From Kiritimatiellia bacterium (GTDB taxonomy: Bacteria > Verrucomicrobiota > Kiritimatiellia > CAIKKV01 > CAITUY01), in assembly GCA_038330175.1 (NCBI GenBank), contig JBBQNS010000005.1, positions 20-64,019 on the forward strand: 64,000 nt of DNA, given 5' to 3'. The notes below the pieces were generated by a model. That model was not told where the DNA came from and ran no database searches. It was given only the letters and a program-made list of their open reading frames with translations. Within the stretch, counting starts at the first letter, position 1; each line of letters begins with the position of its first letter. This document shows, in pieces, positions 10,891 to 19,745 of this stretch. The position numbers and the translations under genes are program-made.

Positions 10891-12000
10891 TCAAACGATT
10901 TTAACTTCCTTACCAGCGGCGGCTGAACGATATATGCCATCGAGGATTTTTTGTATGGCCAGACCGTCTTCACCCGGGGCTTCGAGCGCTGAGCCTTTGA
11001 GACAGCCATCCACAAAGTTCTGCAACTTGCTGGCGAACATAGAATCAAAGTCACCCGAGGGGAGCCAATGCGGGGTCATATTGACCATTGTACCAGCCTT
11101 GTCAGTGAACACCGCAGCAGGGTCCCAGTTACAACTGCCCTTATCCCCGATCATATTGAAATTCCAGACATCCTTTTCAATATGCCCGCAGAAGCTCGAC
11201 TCGATGTGGAGAACGGCACCATTCTCGAAGCGGATATGACCAATGGCCAGATCTTCGACCGTATAGGTTTTGTAATCCCAGTTCGGCCAACTGCAAACGG
11301 TATTGCTCTTCTTATTCCCCATATAGGTCCAGACGTTGCCGGTGGCCGCGACCGGACGCGGCCGCCCCATGGCGTAATGCGCCATCTCGATAATGTGCAC
11401 ACCGATGTCGATCATCGGCCCGCCGCCCTGCAGGGCTTTTTGGCCAAACACTCCCCAGTTGGGGATACCGCGACGCCGCAATGCCTGGCACTTCACGAAC
11501 ATAATATTACCGAATTGCCCTTCTTCGCGGAACCGCTTGATCATCTGGGTAACAGGGTGATAGCGATATTGGAATCCGATCACTAGCACCTTGTGGGCCT
11601 TCTTGGCGGCCGCAATCATCGCCGTACATTCCGCTGGGGTCATGGCCATGGGCTTTTCGGTGATGACGTGGCAGCCCGCCTTGGAGGCATCTATCGCCGC
11701 CGCCGCGTGCACGCCATTGGGCGTACAGACGTCCACGGCATCGGGCTTGATTTCCTTTAGCATAACCTTCCAGTCTTTGTAGACTTTCTTGATGCCATAC
11801 TTTTCCTGCATCAAAGCCAAACGCTCGGGCTTGATATCCACGCCGGCCACAACTTCGACTTCCGGCATTTTTGCGAATGTCCTCAGATGGAGTTCGGAAA
11901 TACCGCCACAGCCGATGAGGGCCACTTTTAACTTCTTGCCTTTGTACTCAACCTTCTGTTCCCCGCCCAACGATTCATTCGAGACTGCACTGTTTGCCAT
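10891..12000 (-). CDS. Gfo/Idh/MocA family oxidoreductase
   Basis: 369-aa ORF; N-terminal Rossmann (VALIGCGGISELH), EKP motif (ITEKPMA) typical of family. Confidence 0.8.
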   Translation of the reverse strand: MANSAVSNESLGGEQKVEYKGKKLKVALIGCGGISELHLRTFAKMPEVEVVAGVDIKPERLALMQEKYGIKKVYKDWKVMLKEIKPDAVDVCTPNGVHAAAAIDASKAGCHVITEKPMAMTPAECTAMIAAAKKAHKVLVIGFQYRYHPVTQMIKRFREEGQFGNIMFVKCQALRRRGIPNWGVFGQKALQGGGPMIDIGVHIIEMAHYAMGRPRPVAATGNVWTYMGNKKSNTVCSWPNWDYKTYTVEDLAIGHIRFENGAVLHIESSFCGHIEKDVWNFNMIGDKGSCNWDPAAVFTDKAGTMVNMTPHWLPSGDFDSMFASKLQNFVDGCLKGSALEAPGEDGLAIQKILDGIYRSAAAGKEVKIV

Positions 12001-12075
12001 AAGAAAAACTCCTTTAGTTTAAATTTTAAAGTATCAAATATCAGGTCATTTAACAGATATTGTCAATACAAGGTT

Positions 12076-15000
12076 TTATTTGAGTTCCGCATGATAGGCC
12101 TGGATAGACTTCACCATGCCAACGTCCTTGCGGGCGGCCGCAATACCCAGCGCCGAGGCGTGAGCCGCCGCGAGGGTGGTCATATAGGGAATCTTATACT
12201 TGAGCGCGGCCTTACGAATGGAAGCATCATCCGTAATCGCGTCGCGCCGCGCGCTAGGGGTATTGATCACGATTTGAACCTGCTTGTTCACAATGTGATC
12301 GAGCACATTGGGGCGGGTTTCACCAATCTTGCCGACGACTTCGGCCTTTACCCCGTGCTTGGCAAGGTGCTCAGCCGTTCCGCGGGTCGCGTAGAGCTTG
12401 AAGCCAAGGTCTGCAAATTCCTTACAGGCCTTGGCGGCCTGCTCGGGCTTGTCAGAGAGGCTAACCAGCGCGGCACCTTCGCAGGGAAGCTTTGCGTTGG
12501 CCGCCTCCTGGGCCTTGTAGAATGCCGTTCCAAAGCTCTTGCCCATACCGAGCACTTCGCCCGTCGAACGCATTTCAGGGCCGAGGACCGGATCTACGTT
12601 TGGAAACTTGTCGAAGGGGAAGACGGCTTCTTTGGCCCCATAATAGGGAATCTTTTTATGAACGAGTCCACAGTCGCTCATCTTCTGCCCCATCATAAGG
12701 CGCGTCGCCGCATTGGCCATGGAGATGGCACAGACCTTCGAGACGAGCGGAACCGTACGTGAGGCACGCGGATTGGCTTCGAGCACATAGACCTTGTCAT
12801 CTTCAATAGCGTACTGCATGTTCATCAAGCCGCAGACCTTGAGTTCCTTGGCGATCTTCTGCGTGTACTCTTCGATCGTCGCCAGATTCTTCTTCGAGAT
12901 GTTAACCGGAGGTAGGACGCAAGCGGAGTCGCCGGAGTGGACCCCCGCGAGCTCGATATGCTCCATCACCGCAGGAATGAAGACCTCCTTGCCATCAGAA
13001 ACAGCATCCGCCTCGCATTCGAGCGCCTCGCGCAGGAACCGGTCGAGGAGCAAGGGACGATCGGGCGTGACGCCGACGGCCCTTGCCACATATTCGCAGA
13101 GTTGTTTCTCGTCATAGATGACCTCCATGCCGCGCCCGCCGAGCACGAAGGAGGGGCGGATCATCAGCGGGTATTTGATGCGGTTGGCAATCTCGACGGC
13201 CTGTTCAAGAGTGGTGGCCATGCCGGATTCCGGCATCGGGATATTCAAGCGCTCCATCATGTGACGAAAGAGGTCGCGATCTTCCGCGATATCAATGGAG
13301 TCAATGGAGGTGCCAAGGATGTTCACGCCCGCTTCAGCGAGTTCACGTGCGATATTGAGAGGGGTCTGTCCACCAAATTGAACGATGACTCCCAGCGGCT
13401 TTTCCTTGCGATAGATCTGGAGCACATCTTCAACAGTAAGCGGCTCGAAGTAGAGACGATCCGACGTGTCATAGTCCGTGGAGACGGTTTCCGGGTTGCA
13501 ATTGATCATCACGGTCTCGTAACCCATTTCGCGTAGGGCAAAAGTCGCATGGACGCAACAGTAGTCAAATTCAATGCCCTGGCCAATGCGGTTTGGCCCG
13601 CCGCCCAGGATCAACACCTTCTTGGGGTTCTGCGTGATCTTAAGTGAATCCGGGGCGTTGTATGACGAATAATAGTAGGCCTTGTTTTCGACGCCGCTGA
13701 CCGGCACGGCATGCCAGCCTTCGACCACGCCCAATTTCTCGCGCTGTTCGCGTACCGTCTTTTCCTTGACGCATAGGAGCTTGGCAAGATACTTGTCCGA
13801 GAAACCATCCTTTTTGGCCTCGACCAGCAGGTCGTCCGGCGGCAGCCTTCCTTTGAAGGTGAGGAGCTTCTCTTCGAGTTCGACCAGCTCGCGCATTTGC
13901 TGCACAAAGTAGGCTTTTACATAGCTGGCACTGAAGACTTGCTCATCCGTTGCGCCCTTGCGCAACGCTTCGTACATGATGAAGTGCGTCTCGCTGCAGG
14001 GAGTGCGCAACATTTCGAGCAATTCCGCCAGACTTTTGCTGTTGAAATCCTTTGCAAAGCCAAGGCCGTGACGGCCGCATTCAAGCCCACGAATCGCCTT
14101 CTGGAAAGTTTCTTTATAGGTCTTGCCAATCGACATGACTTCGCCGACGGCCTTCATCTGCGTGCCGATTTTGTCTTCGACACCGCGAAACTTTTCAAAG
14201 GCCCAGCGGGCGAATTTCAGTACGACATAATCACCAGACGGCGTGTACTTCTCAAGTGTTCCATCGCGCCAGTAGGGAATTTCATCCATGGTGATACCAC
14301 TGGCGAGCTGGGCGGAGACGAGGGCGATCGGAAAGCCGGTCGCCTTGGAGGCCAAAGCCGAAGAACGCGAGGTACGCGGATTGATCTCGATAATAACGAC
14401 GCGGCCGGTCTCGGGGTTGTGCGCGAACTGGACGTTCGTGCCACCGATGACGCCAATGGTTTCGATGATTTTGAATGCCATCTTTTCCATGCGCTTCATC
14501 AGCTCTTTATCAATGGTCAGCATGGGAGCCGAGCAGAAGGAATCGCCCGTATGAACCCCGACGGGGTCGATGTTTTCGATGGTGCACACGCATATGAGCT
14601 GGTTCTTGCTATCGCGTACCACCTCGTATTCGAGCTCTTCCCAACCGAGGATAGACTCTTCGACTAAAATCTGATGGGTCGGCGAAAGGTCAAGCCCGCC
14701 CGCAGCGATGGCGCGAAGCTCTTCCATGTTATACGCAAAACCACCGCCAGCGCCGCCCATGGTGTAGGCCGGGCGAATGACCAGCGGAAAACCGACTTCG
14801 ACCGCGATGGCTTCAGATTGCTCCAACGTATTAGCAATGCCCGACTTGGGGGTATCGATGCCGATATCCTGCATCATCTGCTTAAAGATCTGGCGGTCTT
14901 CACCACGTTCGATAGCGCCGAGATTCACGCCAATAACCTGCACGCCGTATTTCTCCAGGATACCGGCCTTGCTCAGGGCAATGGCCATGTTGAGGCCGGT

Positions 15001-15276
15001 CTGTCCGCCAAGGTTAGGGAGAAGCGCATCCGGCCGCTCTGCGGCGATGATCTGCTCAAGGCGTTCAATGTTCAGCGGTTCAATATAGGTGGCGTCGGCC
15101 ATGACAGGGTCGGTCATGATGGTCGCTGGGTTTGAATTGACGAGGACAATTTTGTATCCCAGTTTTCGCAGGGCTTTACACGCCTGTGTACCGGAATAGT
15201 CAAACTCACATGCCTGGCCGATCACAATAGGACCTGACCCGATGATTAACACTTTCTGAATATCTGTACGTTGCAT
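12076..15276 (-). CDS. carB: carbamoyl-phosphate synthase large subunit
   Basis: 1066-aa ORF with two ATP-grasp halves and C-terminal MGS-like domain; highly conserved CarB sequence (IIGSGPIVIGQACEFDYSG...). Confidence 0.95.
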   Translation of the reverse strand: MQRTDIQKVLIIGSGPIVIGQACEFDYSGTQACKALRKLGYKIVLVNSNPATIMTDPVMADATYIEPLNIERLEQIIAAERPDALLPNLGGQTGLNMAIALSKAGILEKYGVQVIGVNLGAIERGEDRQIFKQMMQDIGIDTPKSGIANTLEQSEAIAVEVGFPLVIRPAYTMGGAGGGFAYNMEELRAIAAGGLDLSPTHQILVEESILGWEELEYEVVRDSKNQLICVCTIENIDPVGVHTGDSFCSAPMLTIDKELMKRMEKMAFKIIETIGVIGGTNVQFAHNPETGRVVIIEINPRTSRSSALASKATGFPIALVSAQLASGITMDEIPYWRDGTLEKYTPSGDYVVLKFARWAFEKFRGVEDKIGTQMKAVGEVMSIGKTYKETFQKAIRGLECGRHGLGFAKDFNSKSLAELLEMLRTPCSETHFIMYEALRKGATDEQVFSASYVKAYFVQQMRELVELEEKLLTFKGRLPPDDLLVEAKKDGFSDKYLAKLLCVKEKTVREQREKLGVVEGWHAVPVSGVENKAYYYSSYNAPDSLKITQNPKKVLILGGGPNRIGQGIEFDYCCVHATFALREMGYETVMINCNPETVSTDYDTSDRLYFEPLTVEDVLQIYRKEKPLGVIVQFGGQTPLNIARELAEAGVNILGTSIDSIDIAEDRDLFRHMMERLNIPMPESGMATTLEQAVEIANRIKYPLMIRPSFVLGGRGMEVIYDEKQLCEYVARAVGVTPDRPLLLDRFLREALECEADAVSDGKEVFIPAVMEHIELAGVHSGDSACVLPPVNISKKNLATIEEYTQKIAKELKVCGLMNMQYAIEDDKVYVLEANPRASRTVPLVSKVCAISMANAATRLMMGQKMSDCGLVHKKIPYYGAKEAVFPFDKFPNVDPVLGPEMRSTGEVLGMGKSFGTAFYKAQEAANAKLPCEGAALVSLSDKPEQAAKACKEFADLGFKLYATRGTAEHLAKHGVKAEVVGKIGETRPNVLDHIVNKQVQIVINTPSARRDAITDDASIRKAALKYKIPYMTTLAAAHASALGIAAARKDVGMVKSIQAYHAELK

Positions 15277-15331
15277 TTTTTTCTGATCTTTCGCTTGATA
15301 CTTACTTAAAAATTGAAACTAATTGAGCGTT

Positions 15332-15533
15332 AACAAATAACATTAGCGTCCCACAGGACGCAGGTTAATAGGCTGCAGGTAGACTATTAGGAAATGCGAG
15401 AAGTCTCATCTGCTTGATGTCTAGGTCGTTTACGGTTTTTCCAATCATCGTTTCTTGACTTTCGCCTAAGAGCCTACAGCCTAAAATGCTAGCCGCCTTG
15501 GCGTCCTGTGGGACGCCAGTGAACAAATAACAT
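15332..15533. mobile_element. putative MITE (~170 bp) with 16-bp terminal inverted repeats GCGTCCCACAGGACGC and 12-bp flanking direct repeats AACAAATAACAT
   Basis: DR at 15332-15343 and 15522-15533; TIR-L 15346-15361, TIR-R 15501-15516 (exact reverse complement); internal sub-terminal inverted similarity (GGCTGCAGG.../...CCTACAGCC); no ORF. Confidence 0.45.
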
Positions 15534-15548
15534 AAACAAGCCCATAGT

Positions 15549-15625
15549 CACCCACCCCTAACCCCTCCAAGGAGGGGATCTCAATCGGGCTCCCCTCCTT
15601 GGAGGGGCAGGGGTGGGGTCTTGTG
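15549..15625. repeat. REP-like palindromic element, family A (CACCCCTAACCCCTCCAAGGAGGGG...CCCCTCCTTGGAGGGGCAGGGGTGG)
   Basis: ~75-bp near-perfect palindrome; second full copy at 58604-58674 and half copy at 47761-47790. Confidence 0.7.
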
Positions 15626-15885
15626 CACGGTGAAAGATAATTCCATAGGGCGGATTTGAAGGCAAGGCTGAAGGCAAACGATCCAGCAATTGTCATTATG
15701 GCCTTGTCCGGTCAATTTTTCTCGGCGCGGATCGTGTAAACGTTCCGGAAATGCCCGGAATCGTCACCGATTCCGCTCCAAAAAAGTCATACTGACAATT
15801 GCTGCATACGATCTCTACAGGGGGGAGTGCATATCACCCGAGAAAACCTTTTCTTTTCATCGATTATATTTCGCACAGGCCTCTT

Positions 15886-16668
15886 CTATAACGCATGAAT
15901 AAAATCCTTGAACTGCAAAATGCGGTCGCTGTTGCTCCGATTAAATAGCAAATGCTCAAAATCTTTTTTCTTTTTCGGGAGGTTGACGGATTCTAGTTTC
16001 GTGTTGATCGCTGCTTTCAGTACCCGCAGATTGCTGATTCCGCATTTTGTAGTGAGGAATCCATAATCTGGCTTTGCCTGTCCCAGTAGAAAAAGAGCAT
16101 CGTAAAAATCGCGCCCTTTCGCCCTGCTCAAAAGTGCGGAAAGCTTCATCGCGCACAGCACGGCGTCCGTCGGCACGGGGAAGGAGAAGACAAGACCGCA
16201 TCCCTTGATCAATGCCAGATCCTTGGCATACGCCATTCCCTGATCCTGCGCCTCAAGCTTGACCATGAACCGCTCGTCCTTGTGGCCTGACAAACCAAGC
16301 TCAAATAAAAGCTCGGGGAAAATGAGGCTCTTGCGGAAGGCTGTCAGTCGGCTGCTCTCCTGCGCCTTCAGAACGGCGTTGAAGCCGCTACGGACAAGAA
16401 AAGACGACACCTCCTGTGACATCTGATCAAAGTCTTCAGTGGAAAAATCTTTGCAGTCAAAATCCAAGTCCTCGGAAAATCGGTCAATACCCTTGACTAA
16501 CCGCAGGTTCGTTCCACCGATAAACACAAGGCGCCGGATATAAGAAGTCGTGGACAAGAAATCAAGAATCAGCAACTGAATATATTCCTTCAGGATATAC
16601 TTTTGAAAACGTGCATCACCCGAAAGGGCTTGCGGATAGAACGATGTGATTGCAGAGAGTGGCATCAT
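15886..16668 (-). CDS. abiEii: nucleotidyltransferase toxin, AbiEii/AbiGii family (type IV TA / abortive infection)
   Basis: 260-aa ORF with AbiEii-like N-terminal NTase region (RLVFIGGTNLRL...DLDFD); 4-bp overlap with upstream antitoxin gene. Confidence 0.7.
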   Translation of the reverse strand: MMPLSAITSFYPQALSGDARFQKYILKEYIQLLILDFLSTTSYIRRLVFIGGTNLRLVKGIDRFSEDLDFDCKDFSTEDFDQMSQEVSSFLVRSGFNAVLKAQESSRLTAFRKSLIFPELLFELGLSGHKDERFMVKLEAQDQGMAYAKDLALIKGCGLVFSFPVPTDAVLCAMKLSALLSRAKGRDFYDALFLLGQAKPDYGFLTTKCGISNLRVLKAAINTKLESVNLPKKKKDFEHLLFNRSNSDRILQFKDFIHAL

Positions 16669-17300
16669 AACCGATAGACCTTTTTCAGCAGACGAACCCT
16701 TTGTTCAAGGGCATGCGAGTTAAACTTTTCAAGAAACGCCTCCAGGCGGTCAAGGCGGAGGTCGCTATGCAGGAGCTCGTCGTCTAGTCGCAACTGTTCA
16801 ATCTCCGCCTCTGTATCATAGAAAGGATAGAGGTAAAGGAGATCCAGAACAGCCTTCTCGCGCGTTGCGAAAGAGAGCGAACGCCCGTCCATGACCTGGC
16901 GCGGCTCATACCCGAACATTAGCCCGGGCTTCACGCTCTTGTACGAGAAATCCCCAAAGGCGTTTGTGAAGCTCGCCGTCTTGAGCGACGTCACGCTCGT
17001 GATCTGCACGACGGCTTCAGGGATGAGCCCGTAAAACGACAGCGCGGTATGCAAGCTGATATAGGACGGACTGTACATCTTTCCTGCGAAATAAGAGGCT
17101 GCGTCTGGCACCGCCTTGTACTCCGGAAACGTGTAAACTCCCTGACGTAGCCGAATAAGATAGCCCTTCCGTGTCCAGCGAACCATATTGTTGCGGTCAA
17201 ACTCGGGCTGCCATGCATACACCTGATGGATGTTGAAGCAGGCAAGGTTAAACATCTTCGCTCTAAAGGTCGTCCAGTTCATAATATTTCTAAAACGCAT
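16665..17300 (-). CDS. abiEi: AbiEi-family antitoxin / transcriptional regulator
   Basis: 211-aa ORF immediately upstream of and overlapping abiEii; AbiEi-like N-terminal wHTH region; probable true start MNWTTF at 17282. Confidence 0.65.
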   Translation of the reverse strand: MRFRNIMNWTTFRAKMFNLACFNIHQVYAWQPEFDRNNMVRWTRKGYLIRLRQGVYTFPEYKAVPDAASYFAGKMYSPSYISLHTALSFYGLIPEAVVQITSVTSLKTASFTNAFGDFSYKSVKPGLMFGYEPRQVMDGRSLSFATREKAVLDLLYLYPFYDTEAEIEQLRLDDELLHSDLRLDRLEAFLEKFNSHALEQRVRLLKKVYRL

Positions 17301-17377
17301 TAAATATGATGCATCTCAGAAATAAAAACAATCTTTGTTTTTTAGCTTTGCCGCTTATTGAAGCAGGACAACGCGCC

Positions 17378-17818
17378 TCACTGGGCCGACAAGGCGCTAT
17401 TCACGGCGGAAACCAAGGTGGCGGCATCCGTCACCCCGGAAAACTTCCTTAAAGGCTTTCCATTCTTGAAGATAATCAGTGCGGGAATGCTTTGGATGTT
17501 CAATTCACTCGCCACGTCACGGGCGGTCGCCACATTCAGCCTCGCCACGATCGCCTGAGTGTGGAGTTGATTCGCCACTGCCTCAACGATCGGTTCCTGG
17601 ATCTTGCAATCTCCGCACCAGGGAGCCCAGAAATCCACCAGAATCACTCCTTGCGCAATCTGCGAGTTGAACCCGGCGTCGTCCATAATCAGGACTCTTG
17701 AAGGCATAGCGTCATTTTCATCGGACACGATTTCCTTTTTTCCGCATCCTGTCAAAAGGGAGACGCAAAATAACACGATTACCCCCTTTGCAAAGGGTCG
17801 CTTGATGCCCTTATACAT
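17378..17818 (-). CDS. thioredoxin-family lipoprotein
   Basis: lipobox LLTGC; thioredoxin active-site variant WAPWCGDCK; start MYKGIKR at 17818 (longer ORF to 17938 lacks support). Confidence 0.75.
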   Translation of the reverse strand: MYKGIKRPFAKGVIVLFCVSLLTGCGKKEIVSDENDAMPSRVLIMDDAGFNSQIAQGVILVDFWAPWCGDCKIQEPIVEAVANQLHTQAIVARLNVATARDVASELNIQSIPALIIFKNGKPLRKFSGVTDAATLVSAVNSALSAQ

Positions 17819-18359
17819 GGGAAGCCTCCTGCGCAGGGTTGCGTAGCTGCGCCGCGAATGTATCGAACTCGGCGGCAATGTCATGGGAGAGAATCGTCGC
17901 AACCTTCGAGGCCGATATCTCCTTGCCTTGAACATCAACCCGAACCTGAAGCGACCGGTTGAGCGCCTCGATCTCTGATTGCATCCGGCGGATTTTCAAG
18001 TGCGTGGCAACACGCGCCTCAACCTCTTCAAACTGAAACGGCTTGGTCACATAGTCTACCCCGCCCGCTGAAAACGCTCTGACTTTGTCCGAAACCTCGA
18101 TATTGGCGCTGATAAAAATCACGGGGATTTCCGCGAGCAGAGGGTCCGCCTTAAGTTCCGCACACACCGCATAGCCGTCCATCTCCGGCATGTTGGTATC
18201 CAGCAGAATAAGATCCGGCAGTTCACAGCGAGCCGCAGCAAGGGCCGTCTTCCCATCCGCCACGGGGCGGACTCGATGTCCCCTTTTATTGAGCATCTCG
18301 GCGAGCAGGTGGAGGTTGGCAGGATTATCATCGACAATCATAATGTCCGCATTTATCAT
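17811..18359 (-). CDS. response-regulator receiver domain protein, truncated paralogue of REC-HD-GYP gene (no output domain)
   Basis: 182 aa; REC domain ~80% identical to 53091-54173 and 54170-55288 products; C-terminal tail aligns with REC/HD-GYP linker then stops; 3' end overlaps thioredoxin start by 8 bp. Confidence 0.8.
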   Translation of the reverse strand: MINADIMIVDDNPANLHLLAEMLNKRGHRVRPVADGKTALAAARCELPDLILLDTNMPEMDGYAVCAELKADPLLAEIPVIFISANIEVSDKVRAFSAGGVDYVTKPFQFEEVEARVATHLKIRRMQSEIEALNRSLQVRVDVQGKEISASKVATILSHDIAAEFDTFAAQLRNPAQEASHV

Positions 18360-18510
18360 GACTCATGATCGCTCATTCTAGGGCATCTGCCAATCGGGGG
18401 AAGGAGCATAAATGCCTGCGAAGTACCTTAGAAGCCTGCCGAACACAGGCTGTCCGGCAAGGTCATTTACCGGGTAAAACAGGAGTTTACCTTATAGTCG
18501 CTTGAGATTT
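18340..18510. repeat. duplicated junction segment (kinase 3' end - conserved leader - RR 5' end); second copy at 27200-27620
   Basis: near-identical blocks: CTGCCAATCGGGGGA(A/T)GGAGCATAAATGCCTGCGAA (18389-18420 vs 27293-27324), AGGAGTTTACC..ATAG.CG.TTGAG (18481-18506 vs 27591-27616), GGTGGAGGTTGGCAG (18309-18322 vs 27209-27223). Confidence 0.75.
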
Positions 18511-19733
18511 ATGATTTCGTTGATCAGTTTCAGCAGATGCCCTCCCGCCTGGAGAATCTGGCCGATACTTTCCTTCTGCTCAGGTGTCGGCGCCGGAGAA
18601 ACGGTCTCCAACAACTGAGCGAAACCAAGGATGGCATCGAGCGGGGAACGAAGCTCATGGCTTATTTTGGACAGAAAATCCGAGGTGGCCCGATTGGCGC
18701 TCTCCGCCTCTTCCTTGGCGTTTTCCAACTCGACATTCTTCTCTTGCAGTACCTGGTCCAGGCGTTTGGACTCCGTGATGTCACGCGCGGCGGCAAACAC
18801 ACCCTGTAATCTTCGATCCCGATCATAGAAGGTCGTCGCATTGTAGGACACCACGGTCTCCTTACCGTCCCTGTTTCGCGCGGTGAGTTCGTAATTGGTG
18901 AGTTTCCCTCCGGCCAGAACCTGCTTGATACTCGCCTCGGCGCGTTCCGGATCGGTAAAATAGTTCTTGAACGGCGCGCCGATCAACTCGTCACGCGTAC
19001 ATCCGGTAAGCGCCTCCATCTGCTTGTTGATATCGGTGATGATGCCCCTCGGATCGGTGGTCATAATCGCGTCAATATTGGATTCAAAAAGGGAGCGCGT
19101 ATAGAATTGCTGGTCGCGGAGACGCTGATCGAGCCTCATCTTCTCCTCTTCGACCAACTTGCGTGCGGCAAGAACGTGAGCGAGCTCCACGTTCTGACTG
19201 ACGGCATTCTCGTAGGTCGAGAGGAGCAGATCGAGGATATGGAGCCGGTCGGCGGTAACCAAGAACTGTTTTCCGGCGAAACAGATGTTGATTCCCATTT
19301 CGCTGGCGGGATCCTTGCGCATCTCCTGGTTTGCGATCACGTTCTGCACCCGCGCCAGAAGGGCATGGCCTTCGTAAGGCTTGCAGATGAAGTTGTTCGC
19401 CCCTGATTCGAGCCCGCGGATCACATCCTGCGGGTCGGAGAGCGAGGTGAGTAGAATCACCGGCAGGTGGCAAAACTGCGGGTCGGCGCGTAACGCCTTG
19501 CAGAGCGCATAGCCGTCCATCTCGGGCATTACGATGTCCGAAATGACCACATCGACTGCGCTCGCCTTGGCGGCCGCGAGCCCCTCCTTGCCGTTGGTCG
19601 CGGTGACGACCGAGTAGCCCGCCTCCTCGAGGAGAAACCGTAACTGCTCGCGTTGCGTTGGGCTGTCCTCGACGATCATGATCCTCACCGGTTGCGGTGT
19701 CGGGTTCGGGTTCGTATTCATGTGATTTTCCAT
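18492..19733 (-). CDS. REC-PAS-HisKA protein lacking HATPase_c domain (truncated kinase paralogue)
   Basis: 413 aa; N-terminal REC (VRIMIVEDS...D), PAS and H-box ISHELRSPL; residues ~200-413 are ~88% identical to residues ~475-690 of hybrid kinase 55285-58467; ORF stops (LKLINEIINLKRL*) exactly where paralogue continues into ATPase domain (LKLINEILDLAKIESGKL). Confidence 0.85.
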   Translation of the reverse strand: MENHMNTNPNPTPQPVRIMIVEDSPTQREQLRFLLEEAGYSVVTATNGKEGLAAAKASAVDVVISDIVMPEMDGYALCKALRADPQFCHLPVILLTSLSDPQDVIRGLESGANNFICKPYEGHALLARVQNVIANQEMRKDPASEMGINICFAGKQFLVTADRLHILDLLLSTYENAVSQNVELAHVLAARKLVEEEKMRLDQRLRDQQFYTRSLFESNIDAIMTTDPRGIITDINKQMEALTGCTRDELIGAPFKNYFTDPERAEASIKQVLAGGKLTNYELTARNRDGKETVVSYNATTFYDRDRRLQGVFAAARDITESKRLDQVLQEKNVELENAKEEAESANRATSDFLSKISHELRSPLDAILGFAQLLETVSPAPTPEQKESIGQILQAGGHLLKLINEIINLKRL

Positions 19734-19745
19734 ATCCTTTCGCTA

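Noticed and set aside
15481-15696. ORFs 15481..15696 and 58454..58702 (shared PSLEGLGVG peptide)
   Set aside because: The shared peptide is a translation of the family-A REP palindrome, not a protein family.
18389-18420. Conserved leader motif GGCATTTATGCTCC as a sigma-54 promoter
   Set aside because: GG and GC are 9 nt apart rather than the required 12. It is kept only as an unexplained conserved leader element.
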